A stretch of DNA of 42,928 bases from NCBI GenBank assembly GCA_026026165.1, contig JAPEUD010000024.1, positions 248,001 through 290,928 of the forward strand, read 5' to 3'. The notes below the pieces were generated by a model that was given only the letters and a program-made list of their open reading frames with translations, ran no database searches and was not told the origin of the DNA. This document shows positions 12,087-23,900 of this stretch, in pieces (within the stretch, counting starts at the first letter, position 1; each line of letters begins with the position of its first letter). This DNA comes from Sarea resinae. Its lineage: Eukaryota. The translations under genes and the position numbers were made by a program.

Positions 12087-12626
12087 GATGGACGGAGGGA
12101 TGGGGAGGGATGGGATGGGATGGGCATGTTCGAACCTCGATGTGTGAACGATGGACGAGACTGCTGATAAGGCTCAACGCCCCTTCATTGGCCTCCCAAC
12201 CATCTCCAGTAAAGAAAGTACCCAGTACGTAGGGCCATGACATGCCTTGGCTTTTCCCACCCAAGCCCATCTGGCCTGGAGATATCCTCGGCCGCCTCTG
12301 TCCATGGCCACTGCACTTTCACTCTACTCGAAGTAGAGTCTGCACGGGAGGCCACGAGCTCGACGATCATCTCGTAGCTTCGCGCTTGATAGATAATCGA
12401 GGCTCATCCGCAACAAGTCCACTGGCTTGACCCCGGACCGAGTCGTCAACAAGCCACTCCAGCCGTCCTGGGCGCCTCAGAGCCGCCTTTGTCTGCTCCG
12501 CTCAAGCCATCCACTAGGGAAGACCTAATCCGGTTGCAGAGCTGTATCGCCTTCGTTCCCTACGGCGTGGTCGACTTACACGGGAAGAGAGGCTGATGAT
12601 CTCCCCTGCTTCTCCGTGACTTCCAA

Positions 12627-12640
12627 ATGTCCGCGGACAT
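12627..12640. promoter_or_regulatory. Second NirA/NIT4-type site inside a perfect 14-bp palindrome ATGTCCGCGGACAT
   Basis: TCCGCGGA core at 12630-12637, about 230 bp upstream of the ATG; near-match CTCCGTGA at 12612-12619. Confidence 0.7.
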
Positions 12641-12862
12641 ATCTTGGTCCGTCCTTGATGATGTTTTTTTACACATGAGAATTCTAAAGCCATGACCGTG
12701 CTGGACTGGCAGCTTATTTATATAGAGAGAACCATGTCGACATAGCTCGTTACCTTTGCCAGCTATCTCGTTAGACATTCGCGCTCGGGCGGTCAATTGA
12801 ATCACCAGATTTGTCATCAGACTATTCCTCCATCTGGAGCGCTTTATCAAACTACTGTGACC

Positions 12863-14636
12863 ATGGGCTTCGATGCGACGTTGATGTGGCGGGCGCCAGA
12901 AATCAACCCCATCAATCGCAAGGCGAGGTCCATACCATTGCTGAATCCGATCAACATCTATGGACGCGTTTTCACCTTCTCTTGGTTCGGCTTCATGATC
13001 GCGTTCTGGTCGTGGTAAGTGGACGGGTGATATCTTGACTCGTTGCCCTCGACACATGCTGATGTCCTGTAGGTATGCATTTCCACCACTGGTACGGCTC
13101 TCTCTTAGCTCGAACGGGAGAGACTTCATCTGACGACCCCTAGTTGACCCTGACTATTGCCAAAGACTTGCATCTCTCGCAAGTTGACATTTCAAACTCC
13201 AACATCATTGCCCTGGTGGCTACGTGGGTGCCCTTCCCCCCTTAATGAACGTGTTGAGACAAGTACTCATTATCTTCCACAGTCTACTGGTCCGTCTCGT
13301 TGCTGGACCGTCATGCGACAGGTTCGGTCCGAAATACACGTTCGCAGGCTGTCTGCTAGCCGGCGCCATCCCCACTGCTCTCGCTGGCGCTGTCTACAGT
13401 GCCAAAGGACTCATGGCCCTCCGATTCTTCGTCGGCATCCTCGGAGGTAGTTTCGTGCCCTGCCAGGTATGGACGACGGGTTTCTTTGACAAAAATGTCG
13501 TCGGCACAGCCAACGCCCTGACGGCCGGCTTCGGAAACTCCGGCGGCGGCATCACCTATTTTGTCATGCCCGCCATTGTCAACTCCCTCATCAACACCCA
13601 GCATCTGACCGCCCACGTCGCCTGGCGCGTCGCCTTCATCGTTCCCTTCATCCTCATCACCGCCACCGCCATCACGATGGTCATCGTATGCCCCGACACG
13701 CCCACGGGCAAGTGGAGCGAACGCCACCTCGCCGCCCAACAAAGCCTCGAAGCCCATCATATCCCGGGCTCCATCGTCGACGGCACCATCGTCGACATCA
13801 TGCCGTCGGATGTCTCCCGTCATGACAGCGAAAAGAAGTCCGACGCCGGACTCGCGGCCGCCACCCGCTCCAGCCCCAGCCCCAACCCCAGCCTCAACGA
13901 GCGCGCCAGGACAGAAAAACTCGGCATCGAAGGCAAAGCGCACGCCGACCACGAAGCCGCGCTGAGCGAACAACAGATGATCGACACGGCGCGCGGCGAA
14001 GTCATCGCCAAGCCGACGTTGAAAGAAGCACTACCAGTCATCTTCTCGCTGCCGACGCTCGCGCTCGCCGGCGGCTACTTCTGCAGCTTCGGCGCCGAAC
14101 TCTCGCTCAACTCCATCCTGGGCGCCTACTACCACAAGAACTTCGGCATCTCGCAGACCAAGTCGGGCGACTGGGCGGCCATGTTCGGGCTCCTCAACGT
14201 CGTGTGCCGGCCGCTGGGCGGCTTCGTGTCGGACCGGCTCTACCGCGCCACCCGCACGCTGTGGAGCAAGAAGCTGCTCTTCCACTGCTACGGCATCGTC
14301 ACGGGCGCTTTTCTGTTAGCCATCGGCCTGCTCGACAGCAAGCGGCAGGCGACCATGTTCGGGCTCGTGGGCGGCATGGCCTTTTTCCTCGAGGGCTGCA
14401 ACGGCGCCGTCTACTCGCTCGTGCCGCACGTGCATCCGCACGCCAACGGCATCGTGGCCGGGCTCACGGGCGCGGCCGGCAATCTCGGTGGCGTCGTCTT
14501 CGCCATTGTCTTTCGATTCAACGGCAAGGACTACGGCCGCGTTCTCTGGATCATCGGCGTCGTTGCGCTGGCCGTCAATCTGTCGTTGGTCTGGATCCGG
14601 CCCATTCCCAAGGGCCAGATCGGCGGCACCTTATGA
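12863..14636 (+). CDS. nrtA: High-affinity nitrate transporter (MFS, NNP/NRT2 family); exons 12863-13014, 13073-13091, 13144-13223, 13283-14636
   Basis: [55 protein letters not shown] (conserved Arg), nitrate signatures [10 protein letters not shown] and TGAAGNLGG, second conserved Arg in VCRPLGG, C-terminal [12 protein letters not shown]. Confidence 0.95.
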
Positions 14637-14899
14637 GCCATGTACTCCTGGGGCTTCGAGTGGTCCCTCTTGGATTATTCTCCCCTTTTTCCCTTTTCCA
14701 CCCCTTTCACTTAGTTTCCCTAGTCGGGGTTCAGGCTTGTATTGGTTGGCTGGTCCCCCGCTCCTTCTTCCCGGAAAAACTCGCCGTCAGCAGTAATATT
14801 CGGGATGACATCTCCGCCCCTTATTGTTATCAAGCATTCGGATCACTTCACACCCTCGGCTCTGAATCTACGGCGTGTGGTAGAGTCTCGGCGTTTCTG

Positions 14900-15218
14900 T
14901 GTTCGTGCTGGAGACTAGAGACGTTGGATTGGATTGGATTGGGTTTGGTTTAAGTTTGAAGTTGGATGGAAAGGAATGAGTGATGGAGGGAATTGTCTTT
15001 CATCGCCCTCTCTCCTCTCTATTACCTCTGTCTCTCCCCTCGCTTTCCCTTTGGCTTGAGCCACTCACTCTCCTACCCTACCTCCTACCTACCTACTTAC
15101 TCACTCAATCACTCACTCACTCACCTACTTTTCCAACTCAATGGTTAGCCTATCTAAGATATTGGCAGAGGAATTAGAAAAGACTAGTCCTAGAACAATC
15201 AACAAATATGACTAAAAC

Positions 15219-15249
<31 letters not shown>

Positions 15250-15713
15250 TTTCTCTCCCTTATTTATACAACTCAAGTTAAAGCTACTTACTGTCTCTCT
15301 CTTCCTCTCTCTTACACTTGCGCTTAAGGTAAGCCACTTGATTACTTACTCACGCACTTTTCTACTTACTCACCTACCTACCTACTTACAAACTTTTTCT
15401 AACTCACTAGCTAAGCTAGCCTAGCCCTACCTACCTACCTACCTACCTCTCTCTCTAGGATGATTAGTTGAAAAAAAAAACAAGAGAACAAGAATCAAGA
15501 AACAAAAGCCAAACAAGGAAAAGAGAGAAAAAAGAGTGAAAAGAGCGAAAAGAGAGAGAACAGTGAAAACAGTGAAAAGAAGAAACCAAGGAGTAGTAAG
15601 TAGTTCGGCACAATCACAAGATATACAAGTAAGTAATACGACTATCTTCCCTCTTTCTATATGTGTATTAAGAAGGAGAGAGAGAGATTGTTAGAGAGAG
15701 AGAGAGAGATTGT

Positions 15714-15808
<95 letters not shown>

Positions 15809-16386
15809 ATATTCTCCTGATTCATAATAATCTGTCTATCTATGTAAGCATCTATCTAACCCTTTATCTAACCATTCACAAAATAAACCAAACCAAATCA
15901 AACAAACAAACAACCAACTAACACAACCAACCAACAAAAACCATGACTCATTCCCCCCCCCCCCCCCCCCCCCCCCCCCCGGGCACACAAAAAATAATGA
16001 GAAAGGAGAAGAGAGAAAAGGAGAAAGGAGAAAGGAGAAAGAGAACACCGATAAACACAGGACAGACAAGAAAAGAAAAAGAGGGGGGGGTGGGGGGGGG
16101 AAGACGAAAACGAGAAGGAGACGAGAGGGGAGAAGGAGAAGGGAAAGTTGAGCGGCGAGATGGGAGGAGGGCTGGATGGAATAAAGTGGAGTGGATGGAT
16201 TGGAGAGAGTGGATGGAGTGGAATCGTATCACATAAGATAGTATAACATAGCACGACCCGACACGACACGATGCGATACGATACGATACAAAACCACATG
16301 GCACGGCACGATACGGCTTGGCACGACATGACAACGACTTGAACCTTTACTTCAGCCAGGCAGATCGGAAGATCGGGATAGGCAAG

Positions 16387-16426
<40 letters not shown>

Positions 16427-16560
16427 TAAGTAGGTAGGTAGGCAGACAGGTGATGCATAACAAAGACACAACCTAGCAGGACAGGCCCGAGGGAGCTGGC
16501 TAATAGAGAAGGAAACCATGCCACTGCCACTGCCAAGCCCGCACCCACTCACACATGCAC
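14900..16560. repeat. Second microsatellite island between convergent genes
   Basis: (GGATT)n ~14926-14945, (TACC)n/(ACTC)n ~15070-15450, (CT)n 15219-15243, (AG)n ~15676-15774, (TG)n 15775-15804, C28 15953-15980, G8-T-G9 16083-16100, (AYACG)n ~16260-16290, (GGCA)n then (GGTA)n ~16385-16445. Confidence 0.92.
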
Positions 16561-16844
16561 TCACGGATGCAAGCATGCATGCACACCAGATAGAGATAGA
16601 CGGATAAACAGAGGCGAACGAACCGACAAACGCAAAGAGACCAAAGAAAAAACGCCCCAAGGCTGGTGCTGGTGATGCCCAGCAATGAAGACTCCCCGAT
16701 CGGCCGATCGATGCAACCCAGAATTGTGGTCCTCTCTATTTCGTACATGACCGAAACAATTATTCGAAGCCCACGAAGAACGCCCTATCCCGTCCCATCC
16801 TGTCAAGCCAAGCACAGTGCAAGCGTATCCTAAGACTTGACAAA

Positions 16845-19800
16845 CTATTGCACGAGCTTATAGTTACCACCCGACAGCGCAATCTTGCCCTGATGGACCA
16901 TGCCCTCGAGGAACTCGCGCAGCTCCTCCTCGGAAAAGGGGAAGCCGCCGGGAACGGCAAACTTCAGCACCGTGACAATGCGCGGCAGCGGCATGGCACC
17001 CTGGTTCGTCAGCATGCCGATGATAAACTGCCAGTAGAGTTGCATGTTCTCGGTAGCAATGTCCTGTGCGGAGCGAACCGAGGATAGACCCGCGTCTTCG
17101 GCGGAAGCTTCGGCCGTTGCGGCAGCGGCCGCCGCAGCGGCTTGCGCGGTATCAGAGGGCATGTGCGAGGACGATGGGTCGGCGTCGTCGACGTCGTCGA
17201 GCGTTTCGAGCACTGCGTAGGTGTCCGGGCCCGTTTCTTTGAGCACATAGCGGGAGACCCAAAAGGTCAAGGCTTTTCGGACCAGAGTCTCGTCCATCTC
17301 GAGTTGGTCCACGAGCTCGGCCACGGTTTTGGTGGTCGGTAGCGGCACGACGCTTTCGATGCCACCATCCTCAACATTGTCGTCCAGATCCTGAAATGCG
17401 TTGATGACGGTGGCTTGCCACGTCTGAGCCTCTTCCGTGACGATGCGGTCTTCGAGGTCCAACTCGACAGTGACCTGCCCGAGAGCATTGAGCCAGGTGA
17501 GTTTGCGGCTGGGTTTGAGCGCCTCGAAACCCTTTGCGTATTGGTGTTGAAGATGGGCGATTTCGAGGGGGACGGAGAAACTCTCTTCGTGCAGGGCAGG
17601 CCAGAACAGACGGGAAAGTATCTTCGCGTGTAAATGAGGTGGTGAGGGTGTGTTGTCAGTGTCAGGCATGATGTTTTCAAAGTTGATGTTTTGGTCTGAG
17701 CGGATGACCGAGTCGACTCGTTTGGAGTCGATGACGTCTCGGAGCATGACTTCGCAGGCTTGCAGGGCACCTTCTCCGAATCGAAGCTTCAGGAGCTCGA
17801 GAACACGAATCTAAGAGCTAGTTAGGATCGATTTCCGCGCAGAGGGATTAAGCATACTTCTTTGTCAAAGCTAAAGTCCTTTTTGAGGAGACGCTCGCCC
17901 ATGATGTTCTGGAACTCTTTGACAAAGACGTCCTTGGACTCGAATAGACTAATCAGACTGCCCATGACGTCTGATGTTTTCGACTTTTTGTACTCTGCCA
18001 TGCCTCTCGATTAGAAGTGGGCAAGCCAAAAAGGGATCACCACTTACCTGGCCCAGCGTCGACTGGATCAGGGACCCAATGCATGTCATCCCAGTCCAAA
18101 TCTCCATCATCATCTCCTTGCGACGCGAGCTCCGTGGCTCGATTCAGTTCAACGGCTAGTTCAACCAAGACCTCCCCACTACGTAATATTGGCTCTCCGT
18201 TTTCATCTTCCGTATCTGCTAACATTCCAGCAACTATGACTTTGACGGTGTCATCCCTATCTCTTAGATACCGGCGGATGGGCCGAGCAACTCGGTCGAG
18301 GAGCACGCCCTTGGGATCTAGCATCGTGAAAGCTCTTATAAGCGAAATGTAAACCTGGAGAATCTCTATAGTCGACGCTCCGGGCTGCAGAAGTCGCTGC
18401 GAAAGGACATTTGCAAAACAAGTAGTAAGATAACTCCGCGTAAGAGGGGTAGTAACATAATGCTAGATCTCACGTCAGCGCATATTCAACAAAAAGCAAA
18501 TAGTCTCAATACCTTGAGGTCCTCAATAGCACCCATACTGGTATCCCAGTCGACGATAACGTCGAAAAGCTCCTGTACACGGAGCCTCCCAAGTCTTCCG
18601 ATGCCCATCTCTTGCCATTTCTCGATGTCTGTGAGGCCGATTTCCGTGCCAGGCTGAGATTCGGCCTCGGCCTTCACCTCGGGATCTGTGGTGGAGACGG
18701 ACTTGCCGGGGTTCAAGCAATCTAGCACTTCTACGACGAGGTTCGCGAAACAATTCTCGATCCACGCTCGAAGACGGGTGGGTACGGTGGAGGGAGACTC
18801 CCACTGGCCCGCAAAGGCTGATTTGACGTGATCCGACATGAGCAAATCCATCACCTCTGCAAAGACTCTCTGGCCTTGCTCGACACCGAGACCAACTTCC
18901 TTCAAGCCACTCATGAGAGACAGTATCCTTGTACGTGCAGCTCGTACCACGGAGTCCTCATTTTCATCTAGATGATCCCCACTACCACGCGACCTCTCTA
19001 CCCGCATAGCTTCCGTAGCAACCACTGTGCTAGTATGTTCACTCGGGCCGTCCAAAGACATACGCCTATCTCCACCGTCCTCGTTATGTGATTCCTCCAT
19101 CTCCAAATCTTCTGTCCCCACGCCGAGGATTATTCTACCTTCTTCCGTCAATACACTTGCAAGGAGATCTGACAGGCTGCTGCGGCGTAGCGAGTAAGCT
19201 ACAACAGCATGGAGGTCTCGTCTGAACTTTAGCACCGTCTCGTCCTGGCTTGCTTTTGAGAGGACAGGGCATATCTGTTCGAATAGGGGATAGAAATAGA
19301 TAGCCTGGGCCACCTTGAGCGATTCGAGGATTCGATGAAGTGAAGTTTCACCAGCGGCAGAGTTTAATTTCTAGACTCCCTGAGGGTTAAATAACGTCCC
19401 TATTCATTCCGTGTCTGACCATACATACAAGAAGTAAGCCTGGTAGTACATATGCCAGGAAGTGCTTTCGGATTTTATTTGTATACCATCCAAGGAGGTC
19501 TGACAAGGAGGATGAGGAATGGTCCTGTCGGCAAAGATATCGAAATGCTTCGGTATCTTCTGGTGACGGACTCTTGATCCACTTTACCCGCAGCCTTGGG
19601 TTTTCGAGTTGCGCCTGAGTGAGGATGAGCTGTTCATCTGGTGGGCTTAGAAAAGTCGTCGCTGTGTGCCAGGCGCGATCCCATCGCAACTGTTGTGCCG
19701 CGATGCCGGACCCGCTCGAGTTTTCATTGTAAGACTGTCTCCCAAGCTGCGGCCCACCAAACGATTGCCCTGGAGTTGTAAAGGCCTGTTGAGGGGTGGC

Positions 19801-19887
19801 AATGGGAGTTGGAGTAGTGGACGTCAGCGGCTCCGTGTGAAAGACTGATGAGAATATACGCTTGCGTCCTGACAGTGGTGCGGCCAT
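16845..19887 (-). CDS. APC2: Anaphase-promoting complex subunit 2 (cullin-like); exons 19887-19429, 19370-18513, 18462-18048, 17994-17858, 17810-16845
   Basis: LRVQELFDVIVDW, RLLQPGASTIEILQVYIS, WVPDPVDAGP, VFVKEFQNIMGERLL, LELLKLRFGEGALQACEVMLRD, ILSRLFWP, RKLTWLNALG and winged-helix FIIGMLTNQGAMPLPRI; four GT-AG introns keep frame. Confidence 0.93.
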
Positions 19888-20516
19888 GGCTCAGTTCATA
19901 TTCTCGCAAGCGCGTCCGTCATCGATTACAGGGTAGAAATGCAAGGAAGAATAGAGAGAACACAAAGGACAGACGTGCCATTCGAGAACTGTGCAGACCA
20001 TGAGCTGCAAGGTCGTCAATCATTGCTCGTACATCGCAATGGAGCTGGAGGTTACTGTTTACAGCTACACGTCGTATCTCGACGCTACCTCGCTACCTCG
20101 CTGGGTAACGAAGTATGGAGTAGATCAGCAATCTGATTAGATTCTAGATATGCAACCTCAGTCGTCCTTTGTACTGCTCCTAACAATGCAGAGCCCGAGG
20201 TACCTTGGACACTCATCACGAAAAAGAGTTTGGGCTTCTTGCTTAGAGGCAAGGTATACCTACCTTATCTAACTAGGTGGAGAGCAAATTAAGCTTGCGA
20301 CGATTATTGTGATATATGAGAGGACCTGAGAGATATCTCTATCTTGCCATACGCTACTTGCTAGACCTAAAATGCCTTGTGGATCTCTTCCATTGCGTCC
20401 CTGGATATCTCGCCCGTCCTACGCCTTGCCGTGAGTGAAGACCGTCAAGTACGCCACAAGGCCCGTGAAAAACGACCACGCTTTGAAACAACAAGAAAAT
20501 CAAAACCAAGCCAGTG

Positions 20517-23450
20517 TTAGAGTCGTTCATGTCTCGCCTTGAAGACGGCCACCTTATCGTCATAGAAGAGGATTTCCCTAAGCCTCAATCTTGGTCTTGA
20601 ATCGTCATCATCGTCAGAGAAGAGATAATCGTCTTCGGATCCGTATTGCTGATCAGATGACATGTCCGACTCCGTCTCATCCGGATCTCCTACAGGAACT
20701 GTTCCTTCATCATCATCATCATCATCATCACCATCGTCGTCATCATCGTCGTCGTCTACCTCGTCTTCCTCTTCATCGCTAGCTCCAATCCCAGTACCGG
20801 GAAATATTCCGCCGGGACCGGCGTTGGCAGGACTAGTGCTGGAGTCTCGATTTGTACTTCGCGTCTCGTGCACTTGATTTTCCAGGATTTCAAAGCATTT
20901 CGACAGAATCCCTATATAACATATCTCTATTTCTGGCCGGAGAGCCACAATATCAACTATCTGCAGAGCTAGCTCTCGCGGGTCAGGTTTGGTTCCATGG
21001 ACATGATCGGCAATGAACGGGATGTAAAGTGAGCGGAGTTGAGGAAGATGAGGTAGTCGCTGTAGGAAAAAGTGCTATGAGAATATAAGTATGCTTGCTG
21101 TGGTTTCCTTGTGACGATACGTACCCAATCTTTGTAGCTCAAAGACATTCCAAGCTCTCTCAGATTTGTCATCTTTCCGCTCGTAATGAAGTTCAAGATT
21201 TCACGGTTGAAAAGCCATTTTCTACCCCGCTGGCTAGCCAGAGAATGAGAGGCGGTTTTCTTGTCGCTACTGTCGATCATGAGCTTTCTCAAGCTTTTGC
21301 AATGACGCCGAACAGCTCCTCGGTAGATCGACTCGACCGTGATGTTGGAAATAAATGATCGGCTGTCTTGGAGAAAGAGTATTTCCAGACTGTTGGGAGC
21401 AAGAGCATCCTTCAGGAAGGCAATAAGAGCCGACGAAACTGCGTCAGTGTGAACCTTCTTCAGATTGAGTGCATAAGAGCCAGAGCTTTGATCACTGGCA
21501 TTAGAGAATGGTCTGAATGAAGATAATTTAGCAGGTGTAGCGCCGTGTTTTGCTTTCGGTGAGAAGTTTCGTCGCAGAGTTTTCCAGAGCTGCTCGTGGT
21601 TCTCGCAGCGAAGTATTGTGAGCTGAGTTATCGAAGACCAATTGAACGCGTTCGTCAACACAGAGACAGATAGAGGAACCCTTTCCAATTCAAGAGTCTC
21701 GAGATTCAATTGTCCTTTGAGTAATGGCCTGTCTTCGGGACCGCAATTCGAGTTCAGAGAAGCTGATGGATCTGCCGGACCTGATCCAGAGGCCGATTGA
21801 CTACTGTTCGGTAACAGACATTGGCCTGCATTTGGCGCCAAAGACGTTAGATGAACGCTAGACTCTCCACTAGACAATTGGGACGAAAGCGGCTGCTGCT
21901 TCTTCACAGGGTCACTATCGAAGACTTGTTCAGCATCTCTGTTTTCAATCGCAGACGTTGTTAGATCATGGCTTCCTGTATGGACCGGTAGATCGGTGGA
22001 GGCTGCAGGACCTTGGTCGTCAGTTGTGACATCTAATGATGCAGAGCCGTTCCCATCCTCGAGAGGCTGAGGGATGTTGCCCGTATTGCTGAAGTGGAGG
22101 GGGAGAGTTTGAGTAGCAGCTATTTCTTGGGAGCCTGGGCTTGCAGACGCTTTGCTACTCATCTTCTGTCTCTTTCTGCGGATGTCATAGATTCTTCCAA
22201 CTAAAACGCCAAGGACTCCACCTAATCTTCTCTGCCCAATTCTAGACGCACAAGGCCGATTACTATCATGGTCCACTTGTTGCAAGCCCACTCCATCCCA
22301 GGCCTTCATCCAGTCGGCTTTCACTTGCGGAGCGACACCAACCCTCAGCTCACGAAGCCGAGACTGTGAACGTGCGATGAGAACGCTCATCTCATCCAGA
22401 TACGAAAGCTCGTCAATATCTAAGACACTCAAACTCTTGAGCGGCGGTAGAACAGAGAAGTTTGGATATTCAGTGCGATTGGAAGAGGGTGCCGGCGAGG
22501 CGGGCACTGGACTGTAAGGCAAAGGGACGTCTTGCGGTGCAGTACTGATTCCATTCGGCTGAACTAAGATTCCAACGGGAGTCACAAGATTTGAAGGCAG
22601 GGGTGGTGGAGGATGCTGTAAGGTTGGAGGCGGTGGTATTATCCTAATACCCTGAACATCGGCATTGTCGTGCCAGCGAACCCAGACTTTCTCTAATCGA
22701 CACTCTTCTCGGTCGCCAAGTGACGATAGAGCAAGCCAGACGTCTCTAAGTACGCCTGTTGGCATATCCCATATGAACGTCTCTAGATAAGGCATGCGAG
22801 CTACGGCCAGGGCGACGAGAGTCCCGAGCATCTTTCCCCCCTCTTTCGTTATAAGATATTCTTGCACCCATTCAGGAGGCCCATTGCCGAGCGAAAACTT
22901 CCGCGTGAATTTAGAGAAATAGTTTCCGCGCCGAAATCGCCTCGGTTGTCCTCCGACAGCAGGCAATGTGTCTATTCTGTCGTCGTTACTAGGTTTCGCA
23001 TCTGTATATTTGGAACATGTAGTAGAGCCAATCGAATCATCGGAGGGCCCTGAGGTGCTTCCGAACACATGCTCCCCCATTACTAGCGTGGCAAGTCCGT
23101 AAGTCAGAGCATCGACTCCCGTCCGTGGTTCGGTAGTAGCATGCGCATCGGGCCATACGATATCGAAACGAGAGTAAATGTGTGGAATGACAAGGCTGTG
23201 AAGTGCCGAATGAGTCAATGCTAGAGAGGTTAGATCATTCGTATGAGTTACCTGTCATCTCTGATTAGCATCTGAGAAATCACCACGTCGGAATGACTTC
23301 GCAGGAGCAACTAACTTCCTTGACGATCTCCTTCAGAATATCGACTGGGAGATCTAGGAGCTGCAGCGGGCGCTTCTTGTCAACAATCGCCGTCCACTCC
23401 TCTTCCTTCCCCTTTAGCAGCTCGGATATCTTGTTCATAGCGAAGCTCAT
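20517..23450 (-). CDS. F-box domain protein with LRR-like body and acidic poly-Asp segment; exons 23450-23316, 23251-21125, 21074-20517 (true start may be 23670)
   Basis: F-box-like LQLLDLPVDILKEIVKEVTHTNDLTSLALTHSALH joined across intron 23315-23252. LRR-like LKSLSVLDID, LRELRVG, LETLELERVP, LRSLYIP. Intron 21124-21075 links to ELALQIVDIVALRPEIEICY. Confidence 0.85.
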
Positions 23451-23826
23451 CGCAAGATCTTCTAAGACTCAACCTCCGTATAACTTGACAAGCAGCTCAT
23501 TTGCGGACTGCGGGGTGTGGTAGCCTGTTGCCTCCTCCGAAATTGAGGCCAGCACTTTTGATAGCCCCAGGACACGGGGATGTCGTAACGGCAGTAGCAA
23601 GAGACAAGAGACTTCTCCGATTCAGCTTGCCTTTCTGTTGTGACCCAGGCTCAGCAGCAAAGGTAGGCATATATAGAAGACCGCCTATGGCTAATGGGTT
23701 CGAGATCACGTCAATCAAGAGGGGTTTCCAAAGATACAGAATGAGTGATGTCCCAGCAGCATCGTGAGCATCGGCGTGCCTCGTCAATGACGGGAAGCTT
23801 GACTGCTCGGGGAAGATGATGCTGAT

Positions 23827-23900
23827 GACTGCGACGACTGCGATTATTGCAATGACTGCAACGACTGCAACGACTGCAACGACTGCAACGACTGCAATGA
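23827..23900. repeat. 9-bp tandem repeat (GACTGCAAC) about 5 copies with degenerate flanks
   Basis: gactgcaac gactgcaac gactgcaac gactgcaac gactgcaat read directly at ~23854-23898, preceded by gactgcgac gactgcgat. Confidence 0.9.

Larger units (their letters stand above)
11879..12849. promoter_or_regulatory. AreA/NIT2-type HGATAR sites and TATA-like element in the DSD1/nitrate transporter intergenic region
   Basis: HGATAR on either strand at 11879, 11973, 12165, 12387+12391 (overlapping pair), 12763, 12844; TATTTATATAG at 12715-12725. Confidence 0.55.

Noticed and set aside
11580..12430. 195-aa and shorter ORFs in the DSD1/nrtA intergenic region
   Set aside because: No recognisable motifs or codon bias, and they overlap regulatory sites.
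12734..12745. Tiny uORF ATG TCG ACA TAG upstream of the nitrate transporter
   Set aside because: Only ~10 bp past the TATA-like element, so probably upstream of the transcription start.
15661..16815. ORFs with ERERER, VCVCVC, poly-P/G and LPAC repeats
   Set aside because: Direct read-outs of (AG)n, (TG)n, C28 and (GGCA)n.
23827..23900. CRISPR-like array, or metallothionein-like CSRCSRC ORF
   Set aside because: Contiguous 9-bp units without spacers in a eukaryote; the Cys pattern is a by-product of the repeat and the ORF lacks an ATG start.
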